From Cycas panzhihuaensis (taxonomy: Eukaryota > Plantae > Cycadophyta): a stretch of DNA of 64,000 nt. Made by a program: the position numbers and the translations under genes. This document shows positions 1-10,624 of the stretch, piece after piece. How positions within the stretch are numbered: the stretch's first letter is position 1; each line of letters opens with the position of its first letter. Below the pieces are notes generated by a model, which saw nothing but the letters and a program-made list of their open reading frames with translations, was not told where the DNA came from and made no database searches. The stretch covers positions 161,889,741 to 161,953,740 of the forward strand of contig CM041465.1 in NCBI GenBank assembly GCA_023213395.1. Reading direction: 5' to 3'.

Positions 1-122
1 CATACTGAGGACCCCACCATATATGCCATTTCCTCCCACAACTGACATGGCTATAGGATTTAGCCATGGCTAACCAAAACCAACATGATTTTATGCACTA
101 GGCCAATAAGGTCCACACTCAT

Positions 123-1470
123 ATGGATTGGTCCATCCATAATAATCTTTTCTTATACCAAAATCGCATATTTGTACATCCCCTCTCAGCTTTTATCCTG
201 CAGATTTTATTAGAATATCATTCTTCCCCTCTTGGAGGCCACTCTAGTTTTGATAAAACTTACTGTAGGATTCATTCTGACTTCTTTTGGCCAGAAATGA
301 AGTCCACCATCCTTACCTTTATATTAGAATATGATACATGCCAATATAACAAAACTGATACAAAACCCCAACCGAGCCTCCTTCAACCATTACACATCCC
401 ACAAGGTAAATGGCAAGATATTTCCATGGACTTTATAACAGGCCTACCACCATCTATTGGATCTGACTCCATTTTAGTAGTCATAGATTGGTTGACAAAA
501 TATGCCCACCTCATGCTTGTCCACACAACCTATAAAGCCACATGCATTGCTGACATCTGCATCTAGACAATATTTTATTTGCACGGTTTTTCGCCCACAA
601 TTGTATACTATCGCAATCCTAAATTTACTAGCTCCTTTTGGCAAGAGCTATTCCATGCATGAGGAACATCATTCAACATGAGTTCTGCATACCATCCACA
701 AATCAATGGCTAGTCTGAGGTCCTTAATAAAACTCTAGAGACCTACTTACGTTGTTTTGTATTTGACCACCAGTCTAAATAGACATCATGGCTAGCTCTA
801 GCTGAGTATTGGTATAACTCCTCATACCATTCAGCCATTAAAATGTCCCCATTTTTTGCTCTCTATGGGTATCCCCTACCGTCCCACCACACCTTAGCAA
901 CCAACCTCTGTACGGTAGCACTGCAACAAAAATTATAGCATATGGACCAAATTCTCCACACCCTTAAACAAAACCTATCCATGGCCTAAAATTGAATGAA
1001 ATAATTAGTAGACCACCACCACTCTAATCGCTCCTTCAATATTAGGCATCTGGTATTTCTTCATCTCTAACCTTATAAGCAATAATCCCTTCACCATCAT
1101 AAGAACCACAAACTTAGCCCTCGCTATTATGGCCCCTATAAAGTCCCTAAACGTATTGGTGAAGTTGCATATGCTCTCGACCTTCCCCCCACCATAAACA
1201 TCCATAATGTTTTTCATGTCTCCTATCTTCGAAAGTGTCTAAGTAAAACCCATACTCCCCAGACAACCCTTCCAATTTTGGATGAAGAGCAAACCTTGTT
1301 CGTACCTCCAGAATGTATCCTAGCTACCAGACAACAAAATCTTCAGAATTGGTCCATTTCAAAATATTTGATATAGTGGACAGGTTGCACCTCCAACGAA
1401 GCAACTTGGAAGTCTAATGAGTTTGTAAAAAGGCACCCGCATCTCACATGCCTCGAGGACTTAACATCTT
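123..1470 (+). pseudogene. pol: Degenerate gypsy integrase + chromodomain (element Y pol)
   Basis: ORF 123-566 has the integrase zinc-binding region (HSSPLGGHS...FFWPEM...TCQ) and WQDISMDFITGLP. Downstream are [26 protein letters not shown] and the chromodomain YLI*WTG..EATW, with several stops. Confidence 0.92.
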
Positions 1471-1483
1471 AGGGGAGGGGACT

Positions 1484-1928
1484 TGTTACATAACTTATCT
1501 AACTAAGTTATGTAAACCACTATGGAACTTTGTGCATGTGCCATCTAACGGGCCAATAGTATGCATGGGCGATGTCGTCCAATAGAATGTAAGGCCGCTT
1601 AGGCCGCCAATAGGATTACATGTATAAGACCCTATTTTGTCTATATAAGGGTCATAAATTGTAAATGATGGTTATCTTGATAGAACATTTTTATAAAGAT
1701 TGTGCTGCAGTACTTTCTATATTTTGGTGATCATTTAGCACTCTGGTGTTCCTGTGAAACTCTTGGTTAATTTGTTTGCTCTGTTGGATAAGAAGATGCT
1801 ATTGCAATCGTCAAATTCTTTGTTATCTCAAGAGTATTGGTGAGAGGAAACGTCCCATTTAATATTTGGTAATCCACATATATTTTAAAAAATCTATCTT
1901 TTTTGGTAATAAGACTACTGATATTACA
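1484..1928 (+). repeat. 3' LTR of element Y
   Basis: Starts TG 3 nt after the PPT, has TATA-like CTATATAA at ~1641, and ends TTACA where host coding sequence resumes. Confidence 0.75.
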
Positions 1929-2620
1929 TAAGAACTCTTGTTGGGTGTAATTACACTATTATCGATGAGCTCCTATATTAACCTTTCAATCTCTATCATC
2001 TACTTATATCCATATTGATATGGCTTGATGATGGTGGGCCCCTTTCCTAGTTTGATCTTAATTATATATTCTATATCAATTTAGTAGCTTATCCATTTAC
2101 TCTGTTGTTTAGTATGATATTTTATTATTATCCTTAGATTGCAAATATGCCAATAATGAAGTCTATCTAACCTTTTAATAGTAGTTCGATCATCCTATCA
2201 ATGGGTATAATCAATTATTTTGGTGCCTCAATCCTTGAAATCTAATATAATTACTCATTAGTATAAAAACTAATGAAACTTTATCATGGTTAAGTCTACA
2301 TATTCCTAATGTCCTCAACCATTCCACTCCCATTATTGTGTCAAATCCCACAATGTTAAAAGTGTAAAAGTCTATGATGATTAACACTATACCCATTTGA
2401 ATTTGTTGATGTTTAATTTCTCTATTAAAGGGAATTGAACCTCCTCTATGTATAGTGATATCAAATTTATTTTTTCTCGTCTACATTGAGGCCTAGCCTT
2501 TTAGTAACATTAGTGTCAATAAAGTTATGGGTGCTTCCTAGGTCAATAAGTATTATGAGCTTCAATTTTTTAATGCATCTATGTACCTTGATGGTATTGG
2601 GTTGTTGGATTTTAGATATG
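1929..2620 (-). pseudogene. pol: Gypsy aspartic protease and RT N-terminus remnant (element Z)
   Basis: LIDLGSTHNFID corresponds to the D-S-G active site. ORF 2211-2396 FDTIMGVEWLRTLG. RPYQY and EIE..L motifs lie at ~1985-2025. Confidence 0.85.
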
Positions 2621-4504
2621 ATAACCATGGATATTTTGAGCTACTTATTATCCAAGACTTGAGTCCTTAGTACCTCTTCATATCTAGGATATTATCAGAG
2701 CCCCTCACCTTAATCGAGGGTTAATTATTAGTTTGCTTAGCTATGATTCAACTAAGTCTGCCAACCAAGCCAACATCTACATGATATACTTAAAGTATAG
2801 AAGCTAAAATTAGAGTTATATAAGTATTTATAGTAGAAAACACATGCCCAAAGATATTACTAGTTCAAGAGGTTAGTGATGTTTCCTATAGATTTTCAAA
2901 GCATAATCTTGATAGTTATAAATTTCAGAAAAGATGATAAATATCACAACATTACATTTCACCATTAAGGCATCTTTATATACTCAACTTGACAAAAAAG
3001 GGACTGACCAGATTACTTAGATATATTTATTACCCAACCAGCCAAATTCCTAAAGAGGAAAATGCCCTTAAGTTAGAGTAAAGAATATGAACATTAGAGT
3101 ACTAATAAGTCACATAATTTTCAACCCTTAACCTATCCTAATTATATATTTGGTTATAAAACTATAAAAAAACACTGCTAAATTACTTATGAACCTTCTA
3201 TTACACTCAATTTATACAACACTATTTAGAACTAGCATATCACATATGGTTCATTACTAAATTAATCTCTTTGGACTATCTCTTTATGTGACCCACATGT
3301 CCCATACCATGTAACACATGACAATAATCCTATATGTATTATCATTGTCCCTCATCTTAATGGGTTGTATGTTTCATGCCACACAACACAGTAAAAATGA
3401 GGTTATGAATCTTTACCCTACTAACATTACTTATGCACATAAAAGTAACCAAGTTGGGAGCTCATTCAAAACTCATAAGAAGGGGGACTCGCTCAACCCA
3501 AGTCCCTATCATAATCTCAAAGGAAAAGAGATTCACTCAACCCAAATTTCTTTTGAATTAGAGAGGAGACTTACTTAACCCTTAGGGAATAAGAACTTGC
3601 TTAACATAAATACTACAAAATAAATTATAATTTAGCATCTTTAAAATAGTCTAATGAGATTGACACAATAATGAATACATGCATTCATGCCATTTACCAA
3701 ATTTATCCCTCACATGAGATGGAGATAAAATCTTAAGAGATTTCTCTAAGTGAATATTTATCTACTCTGTGAAACTATTCTAGAGTATATCTATACAAAA
3801 CTCACTTAAGATAATTTCTATAAAATTTTCATTATAAGATGTTTGGAAAGAGTCCTTTATAAGCTTTGCATCTTATCTATGTATCATTCCTTCTAATAGT
3901 GGTCCAATGACCTAGCCTTGATCACTCAAGATTCTAAATCACTCTTTAGCTTCTAATTTCCTTTATTCAAGTCTTTTGACACCATCTCTATCATACCTCT
4001 AGTTCCTTTCCTAGAGAATAACGTTACCTAGTAGTAGATGAAGCTTAATGAAAGTAGCAATTAATGAAAAGATGATGACTAATCTCAAAGAAGAGATACA
4101 TTTAAAATTCCTATAAGTGTCAGCTCAAAATTCAATCATTCATTTTATATAGTACCTTTGGTAGCTCTCTTGGCTATGCCTTACCCCTACTCGGTGCACC
4201 CAATGCAATGCTACTTTACTTAAGGATGATGAAATGTAAGGCTAAAACATGGAATTAAGATAGTTAATAGATAACGTATATTAAAATCAAATACCTTTTT
4301 CTTATTCTTTCTCTAACTATATCTATGCTCTAAGGCAAATAAGTTTATCTTCATTAATTCCATTAGGGATTGGTGGATGGTTTTACCCTATGGTAAACAT
4401 ATTAGGGTTCATAGTTATTACTATTATATTACTATCTTTATGTGGATGTCTTTGTATATTCCCCTTCTTACTTAGGTGTACAAGTACATTCAATATATAC
4501 TTAA

Positions 4505-4637
4505 TGTTAGAACTAATATTCATATAAGATAAATTATGGATTGGTGAATCATAGGAGTTACAAAATCCCTTAATAGACTTGTGGTAAGTGTTAAGGTAGT
4601 TACAAGATCTTATTTGGATCATTACTAATACTTCTTT

Positions 4638-4690
<53 letters not shown>

Positions 4691-4790
4691 TTGTGGGTGA
4701 ATCATTCTTAGTAAATAAAATCAAAATTTTAAAGGTAGACTAATTCTACTTGACTAAATAGCATGTAAATTTACATTAGTTCCATTTTTT
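4505..4790 (+). repeat. Solo LTR of the element-A copia family, containing a (TG)n microsatellite
   Basis: Colinear with LTR 40563-40827 (shared GATAAATTATGGATT, CTTGTGGTAAGT, TTACAAGATCTT, AAGGTAGACTAATTCTACTTGA). No adjacent PBS or PPT; TSD unclear. Confidence 0.8.
4642..4688. repeat. (TG)n microsatellite
   Basis: About 19 perfect TG units plus an imperfect tail. Confidence 0.97.
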
Positions 4791-5338
4791 AAGAGTTAGT
4801 CATCATAGGTTGTTGATCAATTCTTCAACTAACAAATCTAAGGACCAATTGAGATTTTATAGGTAAATTCAATGGTATTTTTCACTAGTTATATTGTGAT
4901 TTATTGTGTGACTGAGAATGGAAGTATTATGAACTTAAAAATGGTGTCACTTTATTCAATTTAGTATTGGCATGATTTATTGTTTTAAGATATATAGGCA
5001 TTACATCTTCAAGAATGGTTATGTAATTGGCTTATATTCATTTCTCAATACATTTGAATAGTCCATTCCATCCAACTTATGGGTTGGATTTGTTAAGCAT
5101 GGTACTATTAATATCTCATGTTCAAGTTTAATCATACGAAGTAATGGAGGGTGAATTGCCTACTATAGTAATGGTGTTTAATATATTCCAGAGATCAATA
5201 TATTTTGTAGTTAACATTGTGTTGTCCACAAAAGTTAAGTGTCTCATGTGTCTCTATAATACCTATAAGAAGGTTGGATCCAACCATATGTCATCTACTA
5301 AAAATCAATGTTGAAGCACATAATTACAAAGTTCGCTC

Positions 5339-5548
5339 TGTAGTGGATCTCATATCCACTACCTAAAATAAGGTAAGTTTTGATAAATATTTCTTGAAGA
5401 AATATGTTATATTGTATTGAATTAAAATGTGATATATTTACATGATTTCAAGGTTGTATTTATACAAATGAGGGATCCCTTATGAGAAGTCATTACTATT
5501 GATAATTAGCTTATTAACATTAATTAATTAGTTGTAACATTTGCAACA
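5339..5548 (-). repeat. 3' LTR of element X
   Basis: Direct repeat of 8483-8691, adjacent to the PPT. Confidence 0.9.
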
Positions 5549-6759
5549 AGTCCATCCCCTTTTAAAATGCATTGCCCTTAAAGCATGGGAAGTCAGATAG
5601 TTTACATAACCACTTTCTACTACTACTAAATTATCAAAAGTGGTCCTATTATCCTTGTGTTGACATGTAGAAATTGTTACTACATAATATATTGATGAGA
5701 AGTGGTGTGGGTCATATATTATTATTTCTAGTTGATTTAAGGTGTCAAGAGGATGTGACTTCATTGGTCAATTATCTCCATTGAAAGAGTGTGGTCCCAT
5801 AATATTATAAATTATAGAATCATAAAAGTAGGGATCCAAATGTTCCTATAATGTATATAATGGCAAATTCTCCTTATGGTGAATTATATTATTATTCTCA
5901 TATATTATGGGATGATCTTAGTTTTGCTCAAGCATGTTAGGTTTATGAGTGTTTTAGTCAACTATGCCAAGATTGTAGATTTTAGAGGGAAGAATGTCAA
6001 CACTATCATTTAAAATATCACCTTGGATAGGAGGAATACCTGTCTTCTCATTCAAGTATTCTTCTTACATTGTAGGTAGCAATTTGTATTTCTTCTAAAC
6101 ATCTATTTCTAAGGGAGTCATACTATCATTAAGTGGAAATACAGGTGAAGTAAGGTCCTTAATATCCTTGTCAAAAGTTTATGAAAGTGGAAAATTATTT
6201 TGGTCATTGTTGTTACCATGGTTATTGTGAGACTTAAGAGTTTATGGTCTATTATCATCTTGTTCTAATATAAGGTTTTAGAGAATGTTGTTTATCTATT
6301 TTACCCATAGTTCAATAGCTTTAAGATGAGCATCGATGTCATTATTAAAGTCTCTTTTGACTTCCGTTATTAATCTAATATCTAATAGAGTGGTCACCTC
6401 TCTATTATATGCACCACATTGATACTAATTGTCATTACACTCTTGGTATGGTTGTTGTGCTCTTGTAGGACCTCTAATATAAACAAAAATATATCTATGT
6501 CTATATTATATAGGACCTCCAACAAGATATATCTGTCTATATTATATGAGACTAAATAAATCTCTCTTTTTATTACATTATGTAGGTAGGTGGATATGCC
6601 AATGGCCTTTATTAACAAAATGTCACATTGCCTTAATTAACACTAATACAAAACCTAAAAATATGGTTGAGCAATGCTTATAATATGTATGCCCAATCAA
6701 CACATCATATAGCTTAAAGAATATACATAAACCTGGTAAATATATTACAAGCTTGTTGC

Positions 6760-6760
<1 letters not shown>

Positions 6761-6796
<36 letters not shown>
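6761..6796. repeat. (TA)18 microsatellite
   Basis: Direct reading. Confidence 0.97.
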
Positions 6797-6799
<3 letters not shown>

Positions 6800-7565
6800 T
6801 AGCTTGCCATGGAATTATGATTATTTCCATGGCTTGAAGCAAGTTCCCATGATCTGTTTGAATAGATTAAGATATATCAGAGTTACTTTATGTATTTAGC
6901 TTAATACTCTTCATTGATGTTACACTCATCTATATTAATAATGAAACCAATAATAATAATATCGTTTATTAATACCCCCTTTGTATTATTTTATGTAATG
7001 ATCTATATATGAATATGCACTATGTATATGGTATTAAGTGTATGGGTTATAGTTTTATATACAACTTAGTACACCTTTTGATATAAAAGATAAATATAAC
7101 TAGTCCGGGCTACCTTCGTGTCTTGATAAGGGTAATTCTCTACCAAGGAACAAGCTTAATCTTAACACTCTCTAAATGATGAATTTGGTGACTTTTATTG
7201 GTAAGGAAATTGTTCCAAGGGAAGACATAAATAGATGTAGTCAACTAGATTATACATGAATCTCAATTAGTACTAGATTACATTTCCATTTTAATTTGTT
7301 TATTTCCATGGTTTGGCACAAAGGTGAACTGACATAATAGTGATATTGTCATCTAACTTCGCTTGCAATAATATTTTCAAGAAGTCAAGTATGAAGGTGA
7401 TTGGTTTATATCCATGGCTTGGTGCAGAGGTGGGGATCTTATTTCTAAAATTGTTGATGTGTAGGCTCATGGGTTTATAAATGTTGACTTTCACAATGGC
7501 TTTAGGAACGTGCTAAAAAAATTATAGTTTCACTATGATTTAAATCACAAGTCTACAAAATCGTT

Positions 7566-7639
<74 letters not shown>

Positions 7640-7652
7640 TAGATATATATAT

Positions 7653-7687
<35 letters not shown>

Positions 7688-7835
7688 TAGATATATAGAT
7701 ATATAGATAGATGTATGTATGTATGTATGTATATATATATGTATGTATGTATGTATATATATATGTATGTATGTATGTATGTATATGTATGTATGTATGT
7801 ATGTATATATATATGTATATATATATATATATATA

Positions 7836-7897
<62 letters not shown>

Positions 7898-8007
7898 TAT
7901 ATATACATATACATATATGTATGTACATATATATATATATATGTATATACATATATGTGTATATACATATATGTATATATACATATATGTATATATACAT
8001 ATATGTG

Positions 8008-8085
<78 letters not shown>
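7566..8085. repeat. Compound microsatellite (TA)/(GA)/(GATA)/(TATG)/(CATA)/(CA), ~520 bp
   Basis: Direct reading; source of the spurious YI-rich ORFs. Confidence 0.97.
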
Positions 8086-8086
<1 letters not shown>

Positions 8087-8482
8087 CTTGATAATCATTT
8101 AATGCGTGAATTTGTATATTATTTACTTTCACGATGACTCAATAAATGATTTTGTACGTAGGTCACTTATGGTTCACAGTGATTAGCCTATGATATATAT
8201 GTTTTATTTTACTATTTACTCCTTTTAAGATGAGCATGTGAAAGGTGGCTCTCTCACAAGGAGGGTTAATATGTCGTAATTAAGGATATTTCTTACTTCC
8301 TTTCTATGGCATGTATAATGAAGGAGAGACTAAGAATAATAAACAGGTGATGGTTATGATGCATATATAAGCTAAAGAGATTATAGATATGTAGATGGAT
8401 GGAAAATTGTAGAATATAACTAAGACCAATGGTAGATGGACAGATGGTGGTTGTGGAGCCCAAGAACTACTTTAATACCACT

Positions 8483-8691
8483 TGTAGTAGATCTCATATC
8501 CACTACACAAAATAAGCTAAGTTTTGATAAATATTTCTTGAAGAAACATATTGTATTACATTGAATTAAAATGTGATGTATTTATATGATTTTGAGGTTG
8601 TATTTATACAAATGAGGCAACCCTTATGATAAGCTACAACTATTGATAACTAGCTTATTATATTGATTAATTGGTTGTAAGGCTTATAACA
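8483..8691 (-). repeat. 5' LTR of element X
   Basis: Direct repeat of 5339-5548, adjacent to the PBS. Confidence 0.9.
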
Positions 8692-9689
8692 TGCTTCATG
8701 TTGATATAAGTTTGTATTATAATCCCCCTTATTATTATTTTTTAGGGTATTTAGTAGTATTACAATGCCATTTCTTAGTAAGACAAAGTTGGCTTGAGAT
8801 AGGTGCAAAAACTTCATTGAATAATCACCAACAAAGGTGCCCTTCATCATAAAGCCAATGAGAGAATATAATGAAGAGGTATTAGATGCAATCAAAGATA
8901 ACTATAGAGCAATTGCAATCAAGGATCGTAGAGACAAACAAATAGAGAATAAATGCCCAATACATTGAGAAATAAATAGAAACAGTTGAAATCAGTCAAA
9001 CACACTACTATGGAGATTCTTAAGGAGATACGAAGTAATAGTGCGAAGCAGATAATGTAAAATCAAATTTAACAAAATTCGTTGCCATATATAGATGAAG
9101 TTCACTGCTAAGTACTTAATTTTTTTTTTATATTCTTATTTTGTAACATTAATATGATATTAAATTCATTTTAATTAATACATAGAATTTGTTGATTAGT
9201 GCCCTCAAGTTGTAAGCCCCTACTCACATAAAATACAAGGTGTTAAGAGCTATTTTAAGCTAATCTGAAGCCTAATGTAAAAATAGATGTCACATCTCTA
9301 GACAAATCTTTTATGCTCTATCAATTAAGAGAGGTCATATGGTGTAATTTCAACTCCATACATGGTGTCGAAAGAATTTAATACTTTTTTAGTACTCTAT
9401 ATAGCAAACAAGGACATTATATTTGCAAAAATTAAGAAAAAATATGTGTTATGTTAAGGATATTTAACACCTACTTTTTTGTGTGTTTTTTGGTGTATTT
9501 TTTTCACATTAATCATGGGTAAAAAACTATTATTCTCTTGCTCCAAAAAGTTGCCCTAAAAGATCTATTATTACTACAATAAACTAGGTTGTTTTAGAAG
9601 AAATTGGTGGTTGTTACAATCTAATCACTAGCAATATAAGGGCAGTCGGTAGAATATAGCTAGTGAGTAAAATATGGTAGTCTATCAAA

Positions 9690-10227
9690 TAGGGTTAAGT
9701 GATGTCCGATACATCAACTCAAGTGCTTCTAGGCACATGATTAGAAGATATAATTAGTTTAGATACATGTAGGAAGTGATTGGGTGTATTATAACTCTGA
9801 GTGACAATAAAATCATAGATGTTAAAGGCATAAGGGAGGTCCTTAGCACTACATAGAAAATATTATCACATTGATGATGTGATGTATATGCCAATACTAA
9901 AGAAGCATCTAATTTTAGTAAGTCAAATTGAAGATAATAAATTAAGAGTTCTTTTCAAAGTTGGGAAGGTCACTATTAGTAATAGTGAATGGAAAATTAT
10001 CACAGAAGGTGTAAGGGAATGAGTTCTTATAGGCTATTAGATAAATTTGCAAACCAAAAAGTATTGACTATAGATGTATTAAGTAAAATTTAGTTATGAC
10101 ATAAGAGATTGGGGCATTTATACCTCCCTGACCTACATTTAATACATAAGTTAAATATAATATATGGTCTCCTATAATTTAAGTCAAAAATAAATTTATG
10201 AATCCTATAATTTTGGGAAGTAACATA
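9690..10227 (+). pseudogene. pol: Copia protease and GAG-pre-integrase remnant (element A)
   Basis: YINSSASRHM, LISVSQI, L*HKRLGHL, and FGK*H at the insertion junction. Confidence 0.8.
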
Positions 10228-10619
10228 TGATAAAAACCTTCCAAGATCTAAAAATCATGTGCTACTAGCAGAATATCAAGCTATACTAACACAATAATGC
10301 AATAAACAAATAAAAAATAAGAGTAGAACTAAGATAAATTATTCACGGTTGAATTGGTCACCACATGAGGCTAAAAAATAGTAGAGTTTCTACATATACT
10401 TCAAAATCATGTATAAAAGAATGATGTAGGGCTTAATTTATAAGCATCGCACTAAGATTTTAAATGATACAATTGGTTGACTAAGTGGAACACATGGCAA
10501 AATTGGCCTAAATATAAAACATGATTAATTTTATAATGTGGATCACTTAAAGTATAAAATATATATGATGTATATAAAAATACATTGAAATGAAAATGAT
10601 ATTACACAATGTTTTAACA
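10228..10619 (-). repeat. 3' LTR of element B
   Basis: TG...CA ends; direct repeat of 24079-24471. Confidence 0.93.
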
Positions 10620-10624
10620 CTCTC

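Larger units (their letters stand above)
1..1928 (+). mobile_element. Element Y: 3' part of a Ty3/gypsy chromovirus (Reina-like); 5' end lies outside the window
   Basis: Integrase and chromodomain remnants, PPT AGGGGAGGGG at 1471-1480, then an LTR TGTTACA...TATTACA. The flank at 1929 is the RT start of an oppositely oriented gypsy. Confidence 0.88.
5339..8691 (-). mobile_element. Element X: small non-autonomous LTR element (gypsy-derived, ~210-bp LTRs)
   Basis: Direct repeats 5339-5548 and 8483-8691 with TG...CA ends. PBS (rc ACTTTAATACCA) at 8469-8480. PPT (rc TCCATCCCCTTTT) at ~5551-5563. TSD CGCTC/TGCTT. No recognisable RT. Confidence 0.85.
1929..9148 (-). mobile_element. Element Z: degenerate Ty3/gypsy (gag, protease, RT N-terminus) interrupted by several insertions
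   Basis: Minus strand reads RT start ELIDNSVITPNKSS (1929-1975), protease LIDLGSTHNF (~2520-2550) and FDTIMGVEWLRTLG. Gag-like remnants lie at ~3670-4200 and ~4800-5330. A candidate 5' LTR spans 8859-9148 (TG...TGTAACA). Outer boundary is tentative. Confidence 0.6.

Noticed and set aside
4383-4724. 113-aa ORF with an HTHT run
   Set aside because: Translation of (CA)n inside a solo LTR.
6797-7565. Endogenous caulimovirus fragment in a TA tract
   Set aside because: No recognisable movement protein, coat protein or viral RT motif by eye; kept only as an unassigned segment.
7540-8132. Overlapping YI-rich ORFs
   Set aside because: Same microsatellite artefact.
5339-8691. Cassandra-type TRIM carrying 5S rRNA
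   Set aside because: No 5S rRNA-like sequence is recognisable in the LTRs.
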